From the human T2T-CHM13v2.0 reference genome, Homo sapiens, in NCBI RefSeq assembly GCF_009914755.1, contig NC_060925.1: a stretch of 64,000 nucleotides of DNA, one strand, 5' to 3'. Of the stretch, positions 1 to 13,542 are shown piece after piece. The position numbers and the translations under genes are program-made. The notes under the pieces were generated by a model that ran no database searches, was not told the DNA's origin, and saw only the letters and a list, made by a program, of their open reading frames with translations. Position 1 is the stretch's first letter; every line of letters begins with the position of its first letter.

Positions 1-782
1 AATCAGTCCAATACTCTAGCCTGCTCAGTTATCCCATAAAGACTTTTCCTGGACCAATCACCATCATTATCTCTGACTTCAGCAGTCCCATCAAACTTTA
101 GGTAAGAAGCCTGGTTCCCTCAGAACAGAATCCTAAGGAAAAGTCACCTCCTAAATTATGTCATTTATTTATATACCTTAAGCTCAAAACCCCTTGTTAG
201 ACTCATAAACTCTGCTGCTTATTGGGATTTCCAGGACTTTTTCCCATTTTGTCCACCCACCAAATAAGTAGTTCAGGTCACTCTTGGCCTACCAACAGAT
301 GCAGGCAATCAACCCAAGCATGGAGCAGGAAAGACCTCTTATTTGGCCAAGGCTGCCACACAGCTTGGCATAGATACAGGAAGGTCCTAGGCATATGACA
401 TACTTGGCTTTTAATCCCATTTCCACTTTATCTGCAGTGGGGCCGTGGGCAAGTCACTAAAACTCTCTGACCTTGGGTTCCTTATCTGACTAATGAGAAT
501 CTGATACCCAGGGTCCCAATTTTCTATACTGGGTGGGGTCTTAACATGATAATTAAATCTTAATACCATGTATTGTCTCACCACAAATGGTGACTTATTG
601 CAAATGCCAATTCTCAACCTCTGCTTTTACTTCATCTGGAACATGGGCACTCACAATTCTACTATATTGTTTGCACTGCCTACCTGGAATCTTCATACTG
701 TGTGTATTTTCTAGACTTCTACAAAGTGGAGAAAATATTCACACACAACACTGAGCATCTCTGTAATTAAAAGATACTTTAT

Positions 783-1136
<354 letters not shown>

Positions 1137-1702
1137 TGAAAATCAAAAATGGGTATCAATAAAACACATAACTATCTGATTTGTTTTGCTTGTTTTAATA
1201 ACTTATTGTTTCCTCCAGAGGAAATATTTAGAAGCCATTTAAAATTATATAAGCCTGCTCTTCTCCTTTCCTACTGCTGTCAATATTTTTATTTAAAAAG
1301 TAACAAACTTCAAATAAAATCTGACTGGTAGCAATCACAGCAATCTGTGTTGAGATTTCAGATGCCCACAGAAATAAAACCATACTGACTGCACTTCAAT
1401 ATATTGACAAGAGCTGGAAGGAAATGTGAGGAAATAAAAAGCAAAAGTTTTTCACACACAGGCAAAAATACACAATCAATACTTCAGTTCCTACTTATTT
1501 AAATACCTATTAATTGCTCTACTGTGCCTTCAACTCTCACGTCTGTTAACTTTGAAAAAAATAACATATTTCTTGCTCCCCTAGGTAGATGAAAAGCATC
1601 AGAAGAATTTTCAGTTAAGACAAAATTCACAAATAGAACATCTCATTATCCATAGCTATCAAACCAGAGCTCCTATGGTAGTTCCAACTTCATTGATATA
1701 GT

Positions 1703-1729
1703 CATCATCATCATCATCATCATCATCAT
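1703..1729 (+). repeat. (CAT)n microsatellite
   Basis: About nine CAT units. Confidence 0.9.
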
Positions 1730-1957
1730 TGTAATTATAAGTCTCTTGGTGTCATATATTGGAATAATGTTTCTATAGGCATTATATCATTTTTAATAAA
1801 ATATATATAATTTCAGATTTGAAGGGTTAAGAAAGAATATAGTCTAACTGGTCCCCTGAAGATACAGGAATGGAGACTCTTAGAGATGAATGGACTTGCT
1901 CCAAATCACATCACAGTATTAGGTAGACGAGAAATCAAAATTAAAAACTAAAGCGTA

Positions 1958-2262
1958 GGCCCAGGCACAGTGGTTCATGCCTGTAATCCTAGTCCTTTGG
2001 GAGGCCGAAACTGGAGGATCACTTGGGGCCAGGTGTTTGAGAACAGCCTGAGTAACATAGTGAGATGCCATTTCTAAGGAAAAAATTAAAATAAAAGTAG
2101 CATGGTGGCATGGGCCTGTAGTCCCAGCTACTCAGGAAGCTGAGACAAGAGAATCACTTGAGCTCCAGAGGTCAAGGCTGCAGTGAGCCAAGATCATGCC
2201 ACTGCACTCTAGCCTAGGGGACAGAGCCAGACCCCTTCTCAAAAAAAAAAAAAAAAAAAAAA
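1958..2262 (+). mobile_element. Alu (AluJ-like)
   Basis: ggcccaggcacagtggttcatgcctgtaatcc...gaggtcaaggctgcagtgagcc...poly-A. Confidence 0.95.
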
Positions 2263-5200
2263 ATGCCCACAAAAATTTACTTATGAAGTTAACAGGATTC
2301 TTACAATTCTCCTTGCTCATTTTAAAATGTGTGCCACTTGTCCATTTTCTTTGGTGGGACATTAGCTTTCTCCTCCCTCTCTGCTTTCTCTTCTTCCTCC
2401 TCTTCCTTTTCCTTTCAAGACAAAGGAGTAAGTTCTCCTTTCTGAAGCTAAACCAGTAATTTTAAAGCTTCCTTCACCTCGAATATTGTTAGTGAAAACC
2501 TCTGCTTGGGTTAAAGCCCCTTTTTTTCCTTTTTATACTGTTGTCTCTCTTCATTTGACCTAAGGTCAGATATTAAAGACTAAATTTCCTCATGAAATTT
2601 CTGAGCAAATTTTCACTTATTGATGTGCTTCTATAAAAAGTTTAGAAAGCACCCCTAAGGCCATTGACATTGCCAAAGGATAACAAATTACATGACCTTG
2701 GGTTGGTCTAGCAAGTCAAGCTCATAGTGTCTCCTGCTAAGCATGTACTAGACCCTGTATCTACATTAAATCTCTTGGTCTTCACAAAAACCTCACAAAC
2801 TAAGTTCCACCTTCAGTCTCATAGTTATAAATAAATAGGCTAAAGCGAGTTAGTCTTAGAGAAGTTCTTTAACTTGCTCCAAGTCTCAGAGGTGGTAGAA
2901 CCAGGGCTTGAATCTACAAGCCACCTGGCCCTGAAGCTTGACCCTTACTGTCTCTGGCCACAGTAGCTAATGTTGACCTCTTCCTTACACTAGGCCACAT
3001 GGTATGCTAAGCTCTCAACCTGCAGTATCTCATTGGCTATTTATAACATGTTGTTTGCAAATACTATTATTGGTGCCATCATTTTACAGATGACAAAATA
3101 GGAGATTAGAAAAGTTAAGTAGCATTTTTTTAAGGCAAAGGAAAAAGCACACTTTTTTGGCATGAAATAACAAAACTGGTCCTCTAAGTTGCCTTGTTTC
3201 ACCTACACTTTGGCATGCAGGCTGGCCTGGCTAAAGAATATAATGTGCGTGAATGTGAGTCTTTTGCTCACCTGCAAATGTAAAAGAAAAATATTTGAGT
3301 TGCCAAGGTGAAAGCCATCATGCCAATAAACATCAAGACACCCTTTAATCCTTTGATCAGTGAATTCTATACCTAAATGAAATGATTATTGCTTTCATAA
3401 AATGTCTCTGTTTGCTACTGACAGTGAGCAAACTGAGCTAGTATGTCCTGCAACAGCCTTTAAATAACCAAGGAGAGAGATCAAAATAAAAATAAATCTT
3501 GACCAGATTTATAGGTGCACCTTGATTAGTTCTTGTTATTTTCCTTCAAATAAGCAATACCTGAAAAAAATGAAAAGGGAATGTTGAGACCAGATATCAT
3601 ATAATAGATGGGCTTTCTCTGACATACAGTATGGTATAATGACAAAAAAATAATGCTGGCCCATCATTTGTGACACTTACCAGCTAAGTAGAGCAGAGAG
3701 AAAGACAAAGAGGATTTTTTCAGGATGCTGAATGGTGCCACCACTTGGATTTCAACAAATTATCATTTGTTTTACTGTACTTCTCAAAGTTTTGTTGTAG
3801 TGTAGCATTTTGTTGCTTTCTCTAAGACAACACATTTTCCTTTTCTTCAACTGATACAATTTTTTTTGAAAAATTCTAACATTAAAATCAAATGTAGTGT
3901 ATTCAAGTATAATTCCATTGCTTGCTAATGAGAAAGCATATCTTATAAGAATTTTAATTATGTACAATGTGATGAAACTGGAATTGTTTACCTACTAAAC
4001 CATCACTTTCTCCTTCACACTCCCACCAACGCTCAGATATCTTCTCAAAGTGAGATGCCATAATTAATAGAAATGCCAGTCAATAAAGCTAACGATTATT
4101 ATTTTTAAAACAGTGTAATTCTCATTTTTCTATCAACTACCCTTTTAATGAAAACCTCATTTCCTTCAGGCAACACTTTATCTACAATGGATTTGGCCAG
4201 TTGAATAAAAATACCTGTTAAAGGAGAGAAAGTTCCCATCGAAGCTGTTGAAATCTGATTTCATTTCAGATTCTAGAACTAATGTTGTTTTTTGTTTAAA
4301 TAGATTTTGTCTGTCAATTTCCAGACCTGCTGTGCCATCAGCCTGTATGGACTGCTGTGGTCAACACGGGGGTTGTAGCAGCAAATTTTATTACAGACTG
4401 GAAATTGAATTGAACAGGTTTACATTTGAATAGATTTACTACATCATGTTCTCTGACATACTTCATGGGACTGAAATCCCTCTCCATCCATAAAGATACA
4501 TTTCAGACAGTATCATTCTCTCCAGGCTTAGAAAGCAAGTCTTGAGCCAAGGAGATGGCCAAACATAATTGTGCATTTAGATGCAGGGTACAATGCAATA
4601 TTTCACTGCATTTTTAAAGTATAATAGAAAAAGAATATTCCACATTTACTCATAACCATCCCATCCTTTCGATTTGGTGGTTGTGGGAGGTGGGGGGAGG
4701 TGGTTAAAAAACTGATATTTTGCCATCGAAGTGGGCATTAAGAAGTAAAGGAAAATAAATTATTATTTGAGTATATCAGCAACAGCAGCAATTCCCTAGA
4801 AAACAGATACTTGCTTGATAACAGCAACTGAAGAGGTGTGAATTATAGATAAGCACTGTCCCATTCACTTTCACCAACAATGTTTAATTAAACACAGTTC
4901 ACACCTCTTCATTCACTCTTACCGCCCTTCAGGATTGTTCCTGCTAGAAATCACAATGGAAAAAATATTTAAGGAAAAATATCTTCTTTAAACCTGGAAA
5001 AGCAAATGGTATGTAAATCATAGCAGTAAATCAAGTTAATAAAAAATTATATATTCCTAAAATTGGAGAAGTGTCTCCATTAATTCAGTTTTTCAAAATA
5101 AAACCTAAATATAGATCAATACCACATCAATACAAGTGTTCATTGTTGTATTAATTTTAGAACTTTTTAAAAAATGGATTTGCTTTTGAAAAATAATGAT

Positions 5201-5509
5201 TCCTCAACTTTCAAGGACTTGAAATCACTCTTAATTCCCTTTGAATGAGCATAAGTTTAGTTTGAGTCTCTACAACAAAACTAAGTGGCAACATAAATAT
5301 AATTAAGGCCAGAAATTGACTGTCAATCACTGATCATTAACTTTCAGAAATATGTTTTGTTTGTTACTCTGCTATAGGGGTTAAGGCAATGGCTAAGATA
5401 AAGAGCTCCACTTCACAAACGTAAGCTACCACCATCATCCTAACTGAAAGAAAAACTCTGTCATGTGGGTTGGGTTGTTGTTGTCTTAATTATATGTTTT
5501 CCTTTATCA

Positions 5510-5640
5510 AAATTGTCCTTCTGGCAATTTCACATAAGTTTTCTTTAGCAAGAACCACCTTATCTGTCTTGTTCACTGTTGTATCACTGGAGCCTGGAAT
5601 AGTGCCTGGAACATGGGAAGACCTTAGTACATATTCAGCA
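5510..5640 (+). mobile_element. L2 3' end fragment
   Basis: tctgtcttgttcactgttgtatcactggagcctggaatagtgcctggaacat. Confidence 0.65.
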
Positions 5641-7340
5641 AAAGGATTACAAACGTAAAACATGTTAACTCTGAAAAATCCTAAAAGGGCCAAAGGCTAT
5701 ACCATAAAAAGTACCCCCATCCTCATTTTCATTCACCAATGTGACACTGTCACCAATCTTTAGGTATCCTTCCTTCCTTCCACTTCTCCATGTATACACA
5801 TGTATATCCATCACTGTGTATGATGTCTGCCATCCATTCTCCTTTCCATCTCTCTCTATATACATATATATATACATATACACACACACACACTCTCATA
5901 CATACACACACATACATATATAATGAATCATACTATTAATAAACTTGTTCTTATATATATATTTACTTAGTAATGTATCTTGGTCATCTTTTTATAAAAC
6001 TTTATTATAACATTATACACTTCTTTGTGTATAGCTCTTTCTCAAGGGAAGAGCAAAGTTGAAGACTAGAAGAATTTGAGAGTGTCTTCTTTGTTCCTAT
6101 TTGATAAGTGAAAGTCAGAGAAATACAATGTGAATTCCATATATCCAAACATAATCTGATCCACTCATCTTCCTATAATATTGTTCACAGTAAAAATCTT
6201 GAAAGAAGAACAAACCAGGAAAAATTATGACACCACGTGATGGCACACACTCATTGACACTCTGGTTCACTCTTGGTGAATTAATATGTGAGCCTATTTG
6301 GATTTAAAAGTTAAAAAATAGGGGATCTCCAGTAAGAACAAAATATAATAATAGGACAAGCCCCAGAAACAAAGCATAGTTCTATGATGCAACAGAAGTT
6401 ACACATTTAAATATTTAATGAATCTAATTTTCTGTCAAACATTAATTACCATCTTTTCATTGTGTTACTTTATAAAACTGTGTTTATTTCAAACTCTGGT
6501 GAATTTTCTGAAGAAAGGGAAACAGAAAATTCTAAATGCAGCATGTAAAATTCACATTTACAAACACACACACAAGTATAGCAATGCATTAAAGAACAAA
6601 AACTGAATCACAGGCCTCACGAAGTAAAGAAAACTTTTTATCCATCTCCAAGCTAACATGTGAATTTCACTAGAAATGATGAAATATACAAATATTTCAG
6701 GACCTTTGACATGTGTGGAATAGTTGAGTGGCATCTAGAATCAATAGGTTCAGTTCCTGGCTCCACCAATTATAAACTGTGTGAGCTTAAGCAATTTGTT
6801 TAGCACAGAACACATGTCACTGTTGCTATTTTATGTTTGTTGTTGTTATCCCCAACTGAAAGCAAATAGAAAGCAATTTTAATATCATATTTTAAGTTCT
6901 TTGTAATAGAAAATAAAGTCTAAAAGATAAGGTTGGGAAAGAACAAAGAGTGCTTTAAACCCAAGATTAATTAAAAAAAAAAAATCTCTCTGCAAACCTA
7001 GTAATGAGAAGAAAACCAAAAATTCAATGACAGTAGCCTCTTGGTTTGTCTTCATCCTTTGCTTTCTGCAAATTGTAAAGAAGATAAAAGCACTACGGTC
7101 AAGCATACCTGGTGTGTTTCGCTGTACATCAGATCCTCCTACCTTGTCCCTTCCTGTCAATGTGAAGTGGTTAGCCATAAGTTATCAGAAAGTCCAGGTA
7201 TAAAGGAGTATTCTGCCATCAGAGTCAGGGTACTTACTGTTACCTCATCTTTTTCTGGTTTCTCTAAAACTGGTGGAATTTTTTGCCTCCCATCCCCACA
7301 GCAAAATCAAAACCTCAGGGGCACTAGCAAAGAGCCTTAC

Positions 7341-7457
7341 CTTCTTTCAGCATGCCCACTTTTAAACACTTCATGAAGCGGCAAGCCTGGCAGGATTTAC
7401 GTCTGCGCTTTGTGATTTCACATTCATTCGTGGCAGGGCAGCTGTATTCTATATTGC
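7341..7457 (-). CDS. ESRRG: ESRRG coding exon (117 bp): second zinc finger of the DNA-binding domain
   Basis: Read by hand: tgttttag|GC AAT ATA GAA TAC AGC TGC...ATG CTG AAA GAA G|gtaagg = (G)[38 protein letters not shown](G). Phase 1 at both ends, in frame with the 416-bp exon. The intervening intron is 7458-33444. Confidence 0.99.
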
Positions 7458-9639
7458 CTAAAACACAAGTTTGAAGAAAAGTTGTCATATTTACAAGATC
7501 CAGGAAACATTAGCTTCCCAAAGGCAATGTCAACTCTATTATTCTTACTCTCCCACCCCAAAAAATGTCACATGAGACTCAAGAGAAATGTCATAAATAT
7601 CATCAAGCTGGATGCTCTGCTATAATCACAAAAGATACATGGGGCAAGGAGAACAAACATGGTGAAATGCTTCAAAAGATGAAGTTTAAAATTAGCCTTC
7701 AAAACATTATGCTGAGTCCACCCATGCAAAGTAAGAGTCTTCCAGAGTCTTATGATCCAAAAGAAATTTCAAAATAGATTATGTTCATGAAAACACAAAT
7801 ATCAAAACCAGATTCTTGGATTGTCAATCCTGGATTTATTCTGATTCCTAATACTTTGGTGCATCAGGCTTATTGTCTTTCTGACACTGAACAGTATAAA
7901 CTTCACTGTGGAAAATGATATGTAAACAAATATGGCATGTTATAGTAAGCTCCTAGAGGGTAGGGACAGAAATTACATAGTTGTTGCTTTAGCACTTACC
8001 AGAGCCTTACAACACAATTCTGTGCTTGGTAAATGCTTACTGATCATGGTGATGATAATGAAGATGATGGTCATCATCATTATCATCCTCATCATGATGT
8101 GTGTTACATAATTTGCATAATTAATTCCAAACACTGAAGTTCCCTGATGTTAGAACAAAGAATAAACTGCTATGAAATTATATATTTTTAAGATTAGACT
8201 TTGTATCATTTATGGTAGTACCTACATATTTAAAATGGCAACTAAGAAACCAGAAGAAGATCCAAACTAAATTTTTTTTTCAATTAGTACCAATGGCAGT
8301 GTGTGGGATGTGCTCTGGGGCTGCCTACAGCTTTGTAAAGAAGCTGCCTTTAAAATAAAGCTTTTCTCCCCAATCAGCTCTGTCACATAGTGCTTGAAGG
8401 TCTTTCGTTACTTCCTAACCCTTTCCCCTTGTGATTAAGTGCATTAGTATCTTAATGAAAATGCATTCTGTTTATTGCCCTCTTGGGAAGGGGGAGGTCA
8501 TCACACCAAATGCATAAATTCTCATCAGAGACGGTCCGAGCATAATTGCAATTTTGCTGCTCCATGTTTGCAAAACTCAGGGTCCGTCCAAGTCCCCTGA
8601 AACATGCGCAGATTCTAGTAATTAGCATAGAGTCTGCCTGGGACCACAGCATTGATGAAATATTTCAGAGTTAATCACACTTTGTAAACACTGATTTATA
8701 TTGACTACCTTTCTTCAGACTGACGTCTCCTCATTAAATATCACATTAGTGGATTGCAGGGTAGCACAAAGACTCAACTACTCAGCAACTGCTAATTCAA
8801 CAAGAAGTAATACCTAACCACTTCTAACTACTGAAAACTGGTTAAGTATGCATGACTTGAAAAAAACACATTATAGTTTGAGATAGCCTATCAGAATTGC
8901 CTAAATTAGCATTCTAATTCAGGGCATTTATAATAATAAAAGCAACAACTTTTTAACAGGAGGTTAAATAATAAGAGTAATATTCATTGCATCAACAGAA
9001 GTATATACCATCACCTTCCTTGGAGATATTACTGATGCTATACTCTTAGAAAACCAAGGATAAGTCAAAGAAACCAGGGTGGCCGGGTCACAGCTAAGAA
9101 TAAAAGGATTTATAATCTGAACTTTAGATGAACCACTCTTCACTGCAGAGTTTCTTCAACCATCTCTGAATATTTATTTTGCATCAAAAGAGTGTTGCTA
9201 GTAATTTTCTAAGGGTTAATTAGTATTCTACTACTAGATCCTTCCACCCTGTTCGGCTCCCCCTATACTTACTTAAAAAGAAACAGGCCTTTGCTGTCTT
9301 AGGAAGGACTGAACAGTGACTGCTTAAAAGGATCAGAAAGAAAGAAAAAAAAAAGTTTACCAAACAGCATTCTTTTCCTTTTTTCTGCCTGAAAAGTCAG
9401 TATGAAGTAACACTTTCATCACTTCCCTTATCAAGGCATGAGTGCTAGTCCTACGCACCTTTAACCCAGTGCTAAAAACTTCTACCAGGATGATCCACTG
9501 CCACAAACATAATCATCATTCTTTTAAAACCTGTTCCACTTCCTCTTTGAAAACTGTATCCCCATCCTTCACATCAACAAACTTCTGACAAGAATGCACA
9601 TCAGGCATGTGTGAGCTCACACCTGGACTATGGCAGTTA

Positions 9640-10050
9640 TCCCCTCCCTGGGCTTTTTGCCTCCGTCCTGACCCACTCTAATCCATGTGGCATACCGCTG
9701 TCATCTTCCTTTCCCTAGGACTGCTTTGATCACGTCATTATGCTGATTTTAAAAAATCAATAGAATTATTTGCCTTCCTGAATGAAATATAAACTATAAG
9801 GCTTACAAACAGGGTCTTCTCCCAGCCTTTCATTTACTTTTCCAGCAATATTGCTATTATTACCTGACATGAACTTTTTGAGGCAGCCAATTTGATTTAT
9901 TCAGTTTTTGCTAAGTGTCCTTCAGACTTTCCTCTGAGAATTATCTATCTTTGCCACTTTTTCTTCTTAAAATTATTTCCAAGCCTCCTTGTTCAACTCC
10001 AACTCCATCCCAATCTTTCATGAAAACTTCTCTGACTATCCCAGCAGAAA
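9640..10050 (+). mobile_element. L2 fragment
   Basis: Degenerate L2 3' region (tctaatccat...tttgatcacgtca...atgaaaacttctctgac). Confidence 0.5.
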
Positions 10051-10199
10051 ACGATTTCTTGGTTTTCATATTTTTTCAGGTACTCTCATCATATCCAGAC
10101 AGATAATATTTTGTTATACCTTTCATACACATATTACCCATTGGATGGTAAGACACTAGAGGACAATGGACATTTCTAATGCAGTATAAAAACCATCCA

Positions 10200-10510
10200 A
10201 GCCAGGTGCAGTGGTTCACGCCTGTAATTCCAACACTTTGGGAGGCCGAGGCAGGTGAATCACTTGAGGTCAGGAGTTCAAGACCAGCTTGGCTAACATG
10301 GCAAAACCCCATCTCTACCAAAAAAAAAAAAAGTAGAAAAATAAGCCAGGCATAGTGGTGTGAACCTTTAGTCCCAGCCTCTTGGAAGGTCGAGGTGGGA
10401 GAATTGCTTGAACCCAGAAGGCGGAGGTTTCAGTGAGCCAAGATCATGCCACTGCACTCCAGCCTGGGCAACAGAGCAAGACTTCATCCCCACCCTCCAA
10501 AAAAAAAAAA
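10200..10510 (+). mobile_element. Alu (AluS-like)
   Basis: Full dimeric Alu with A-rich linker and tail. Confidence 0.95.
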
Positions 10511-10712
10511 TCCACCAAAAAGTAATATATAAGTAAAAGAATATACTTATAATAACTTAGAATTTTCTTATCTCAGGGTCATTATTATGAATATCAATTA
10601 TGGTGTTATAATGCAGTGTCACAGGATCAAGTGAGCTGCATGTCCCATTAGGAAGCAATGTTAAGAACAGTAGGAAAATCATTCCACAAATAACTTTAAA
10701 AATAGAAGAAAA

Positions 10713-11017
<305 letters not shown>

Positions 11018-13423
11018 CTAGTTAATTTTTTGAAATCGTCAACAGTAGCTTTGACAAAAATGGAAAAAAAGTGTGGCAAAAGGGGAAAGATTATGAAAAA
11101 AATACAAAAGCTTCTGAGGAGTAAAGTGTGAATAAAAGAGGAAATCATAAAGGAAATTATATGTACAGGAAATAAAAATCCATACTGATATGAATAGGAT
11201 AAGAATAAAAGGAAAACAAAATAATACAGATAGATGGTGCTAAATGAGTTACATAATTTTTATCTTACTTTATAATTGGAGCTACATTGGAGAAAATATT
11301 TAGGATTGATTCAATAATAGTAGCTAAATCTATGAATGACTCATCTAGGAATAATTACGTAAAGATTTTAAATCTCTTCAAAAGGCAGAAGGGAATCTGT
11401 CAAATAATGATATGAGAGTTTTAGATCACATTTAAAGGACTCTGGTCTCCTTTCTATCCATTACATTCTGTAATTCTTCAATGATAAGGAGAAATGTAAA
11501 AGCAGGGGAGGTTTTCCTAGTGTGTTAGAATGAAGTCTTAAAGTAGAACCTCTGTGTTATTCCTTGTTGAATCCTCAGTGCTAATCAATGAGCCAGGAGT
11601 TTTGTATTACGGCTGGTTTGGATTAGAGAGAGGTAGTTCCTGATATTAAAGAGTCCACTGAGAGGAGACAAGACGTGTAAATAAACAATACATTTTAGTG
11701 GGTGGTGTCATGGTTCAGGATGCAGTACTGGCGTACTGGCAAGTACATACATTCCCACAAACACAGGAATTATGCTTAGGAAGATCAGCAAATTCTCCAA
11801 ATAGGGGCAAATGCTTGAACTATGACATGAAAAGTAAAGAAATGACTACACTGGGGTAAAGGACTCTTCCCAGAGCGACAGCAAATACAACATATGTATA
11901 AAAATTTCACCATGAATGGATGGAAATCAGTGGTCCTAGCATCTTCACAAATGATATAGTTTCAGCTGAAGTGTATAGAAATTGTTTCTGATAAACGGGG
12001 TCTCTTTCACAAATATTTTCTTTCAATAAAGTTGCCTTGACACATACGGATAATAACCTTGATTTCACTAAGTGACTCTGGTTTATATCTTGAAAAACAA
12101 GTCAACATCATTCTAAATAACTTATTTGCTTTATTTGCTGGAGGAAAACCTCTCTAATTTCCAGGCCCTCCCATTGAGTTACTTAGTTCATTGTTGTTGG
12201 CTATGATCACCCACCCAACAAAGTCTTTGATCCATGTTAGAGTCTACAGAGATTGTGCCCTTGAAAAACCTTCCCTGGTGCTTTTTCTATTCAATAAAGA
12301 AAGCATTTTATCCTAAAAATGTGCTGCCCCAAGCACCTGGGTAACAATGTTACGTCTATTTTGGTAATGGTTCAAAGACATGACTCCCAGTAGACCATAT
12401 GATCTCTATGGGGCACTTGTTTTCCTTCCATTCTCTAAAAGTGGAAACTAGACGAAAATATTTCCAATAGCAACTATGGGCACCTGGAATGTGAACACTG
12501 GATATTCACTCAGGAGGATGCAGAAGTTATTGTTCACAGCATAGGATTTTCATTTCAGACACGGAGTTTTCTTGGATTATAGCTTGCTATTTTCTGGGAC
12601 ACATTTGTTAGATGGCACCAGGGACTGAATTGGGCAGCTACTGATGACACAACTGGAATTTTCCCAGTTTTGTCAATAGCTAGGGAAGTGTGCTCTGCTG
12701 CAGAGGGAACCAAATCAACATGGAAGCTCTCGGTTTTTAAACCAGGCTGACAAGAAAGATAGAGCAATTTATAATATCTCCTGGCGGCTTTTCAAAAAGT
12801 CCCGGGCTCTGATTACTTATTTCAGAGTCTTTTGTGCAATTAGTTTGCAGGCAATATAATTTTCTCACTTACTGCTTAATAGAATCTTGCAGCTAGCTGG
12901 CGGATAGAATAACAGGGTGTATGTAAAACTCCAGCCTGGAGCGCCAGTGGATAATTTGTATATTCCTTTCAGTCACTTAATGGACTTTTACAGTTTGGCA
13001 GTGAAAGGGCTGAATGATGTAAATTAGCATGGCATCTCAAAATAAAAATATATGTCAAATCTTTATTCCTGAATAACATCACTCCCACATGGTAATGATG
13101 CATTTGGATTTATGTAGTTCCTAAGACTTGTCCTCTTTTTCATACATACAGACATCATAATTGTAAAGCCAATTTGAAAGCATCTGTATATTTCTCCCAA
13201 TTGTTTTAATTTTATTAACAGAACTAAATAGCTTGCAATGACCCACAGGGCACTCCAAGTGGGGTTTATCCAGTTGCTTTTCAACATTAAGTGATTTAAA
13301 AATAATGGGATTTGCCTCAGTACACAATTACAGAGCATTGGAATCATGCAGGCAATAATCTGTAGTATTTTTGTTTTAAAGGCCCTAAAACATAAACAAG
13401 AAAGAAAGAAAGAAAACTCTGTC

Positions 13424-13542
13424 TTTATTGTATAGTGGCAAAGGTTTTTCCATTTTTACAGTGATCTAACTTTCCTTTTTTTCTTTGTTTTTCTTTCTTA
13501 TTTTCAATGCTTCGTTTCTAGCTATTCTGTGCTCATTTCCAC
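13424..13542 (-). other. Candidate intronic alternative terminal exon / poly(A) site
   Basis: Acceptor tattattttctctttcag|GT, 25 in-frame codons, TAG at 13468-13466, TGTA at 13460-13457, AATAAA at 13429-13424, then a U-rich tract. Confidence 0.3.

Noticed and set aside
7041-7376. 111-aa plus-strand ORF overlapping the zinc-finger exon end
   Set aside because: TTG start, antisense to ESRRG, and no recognisable homology.
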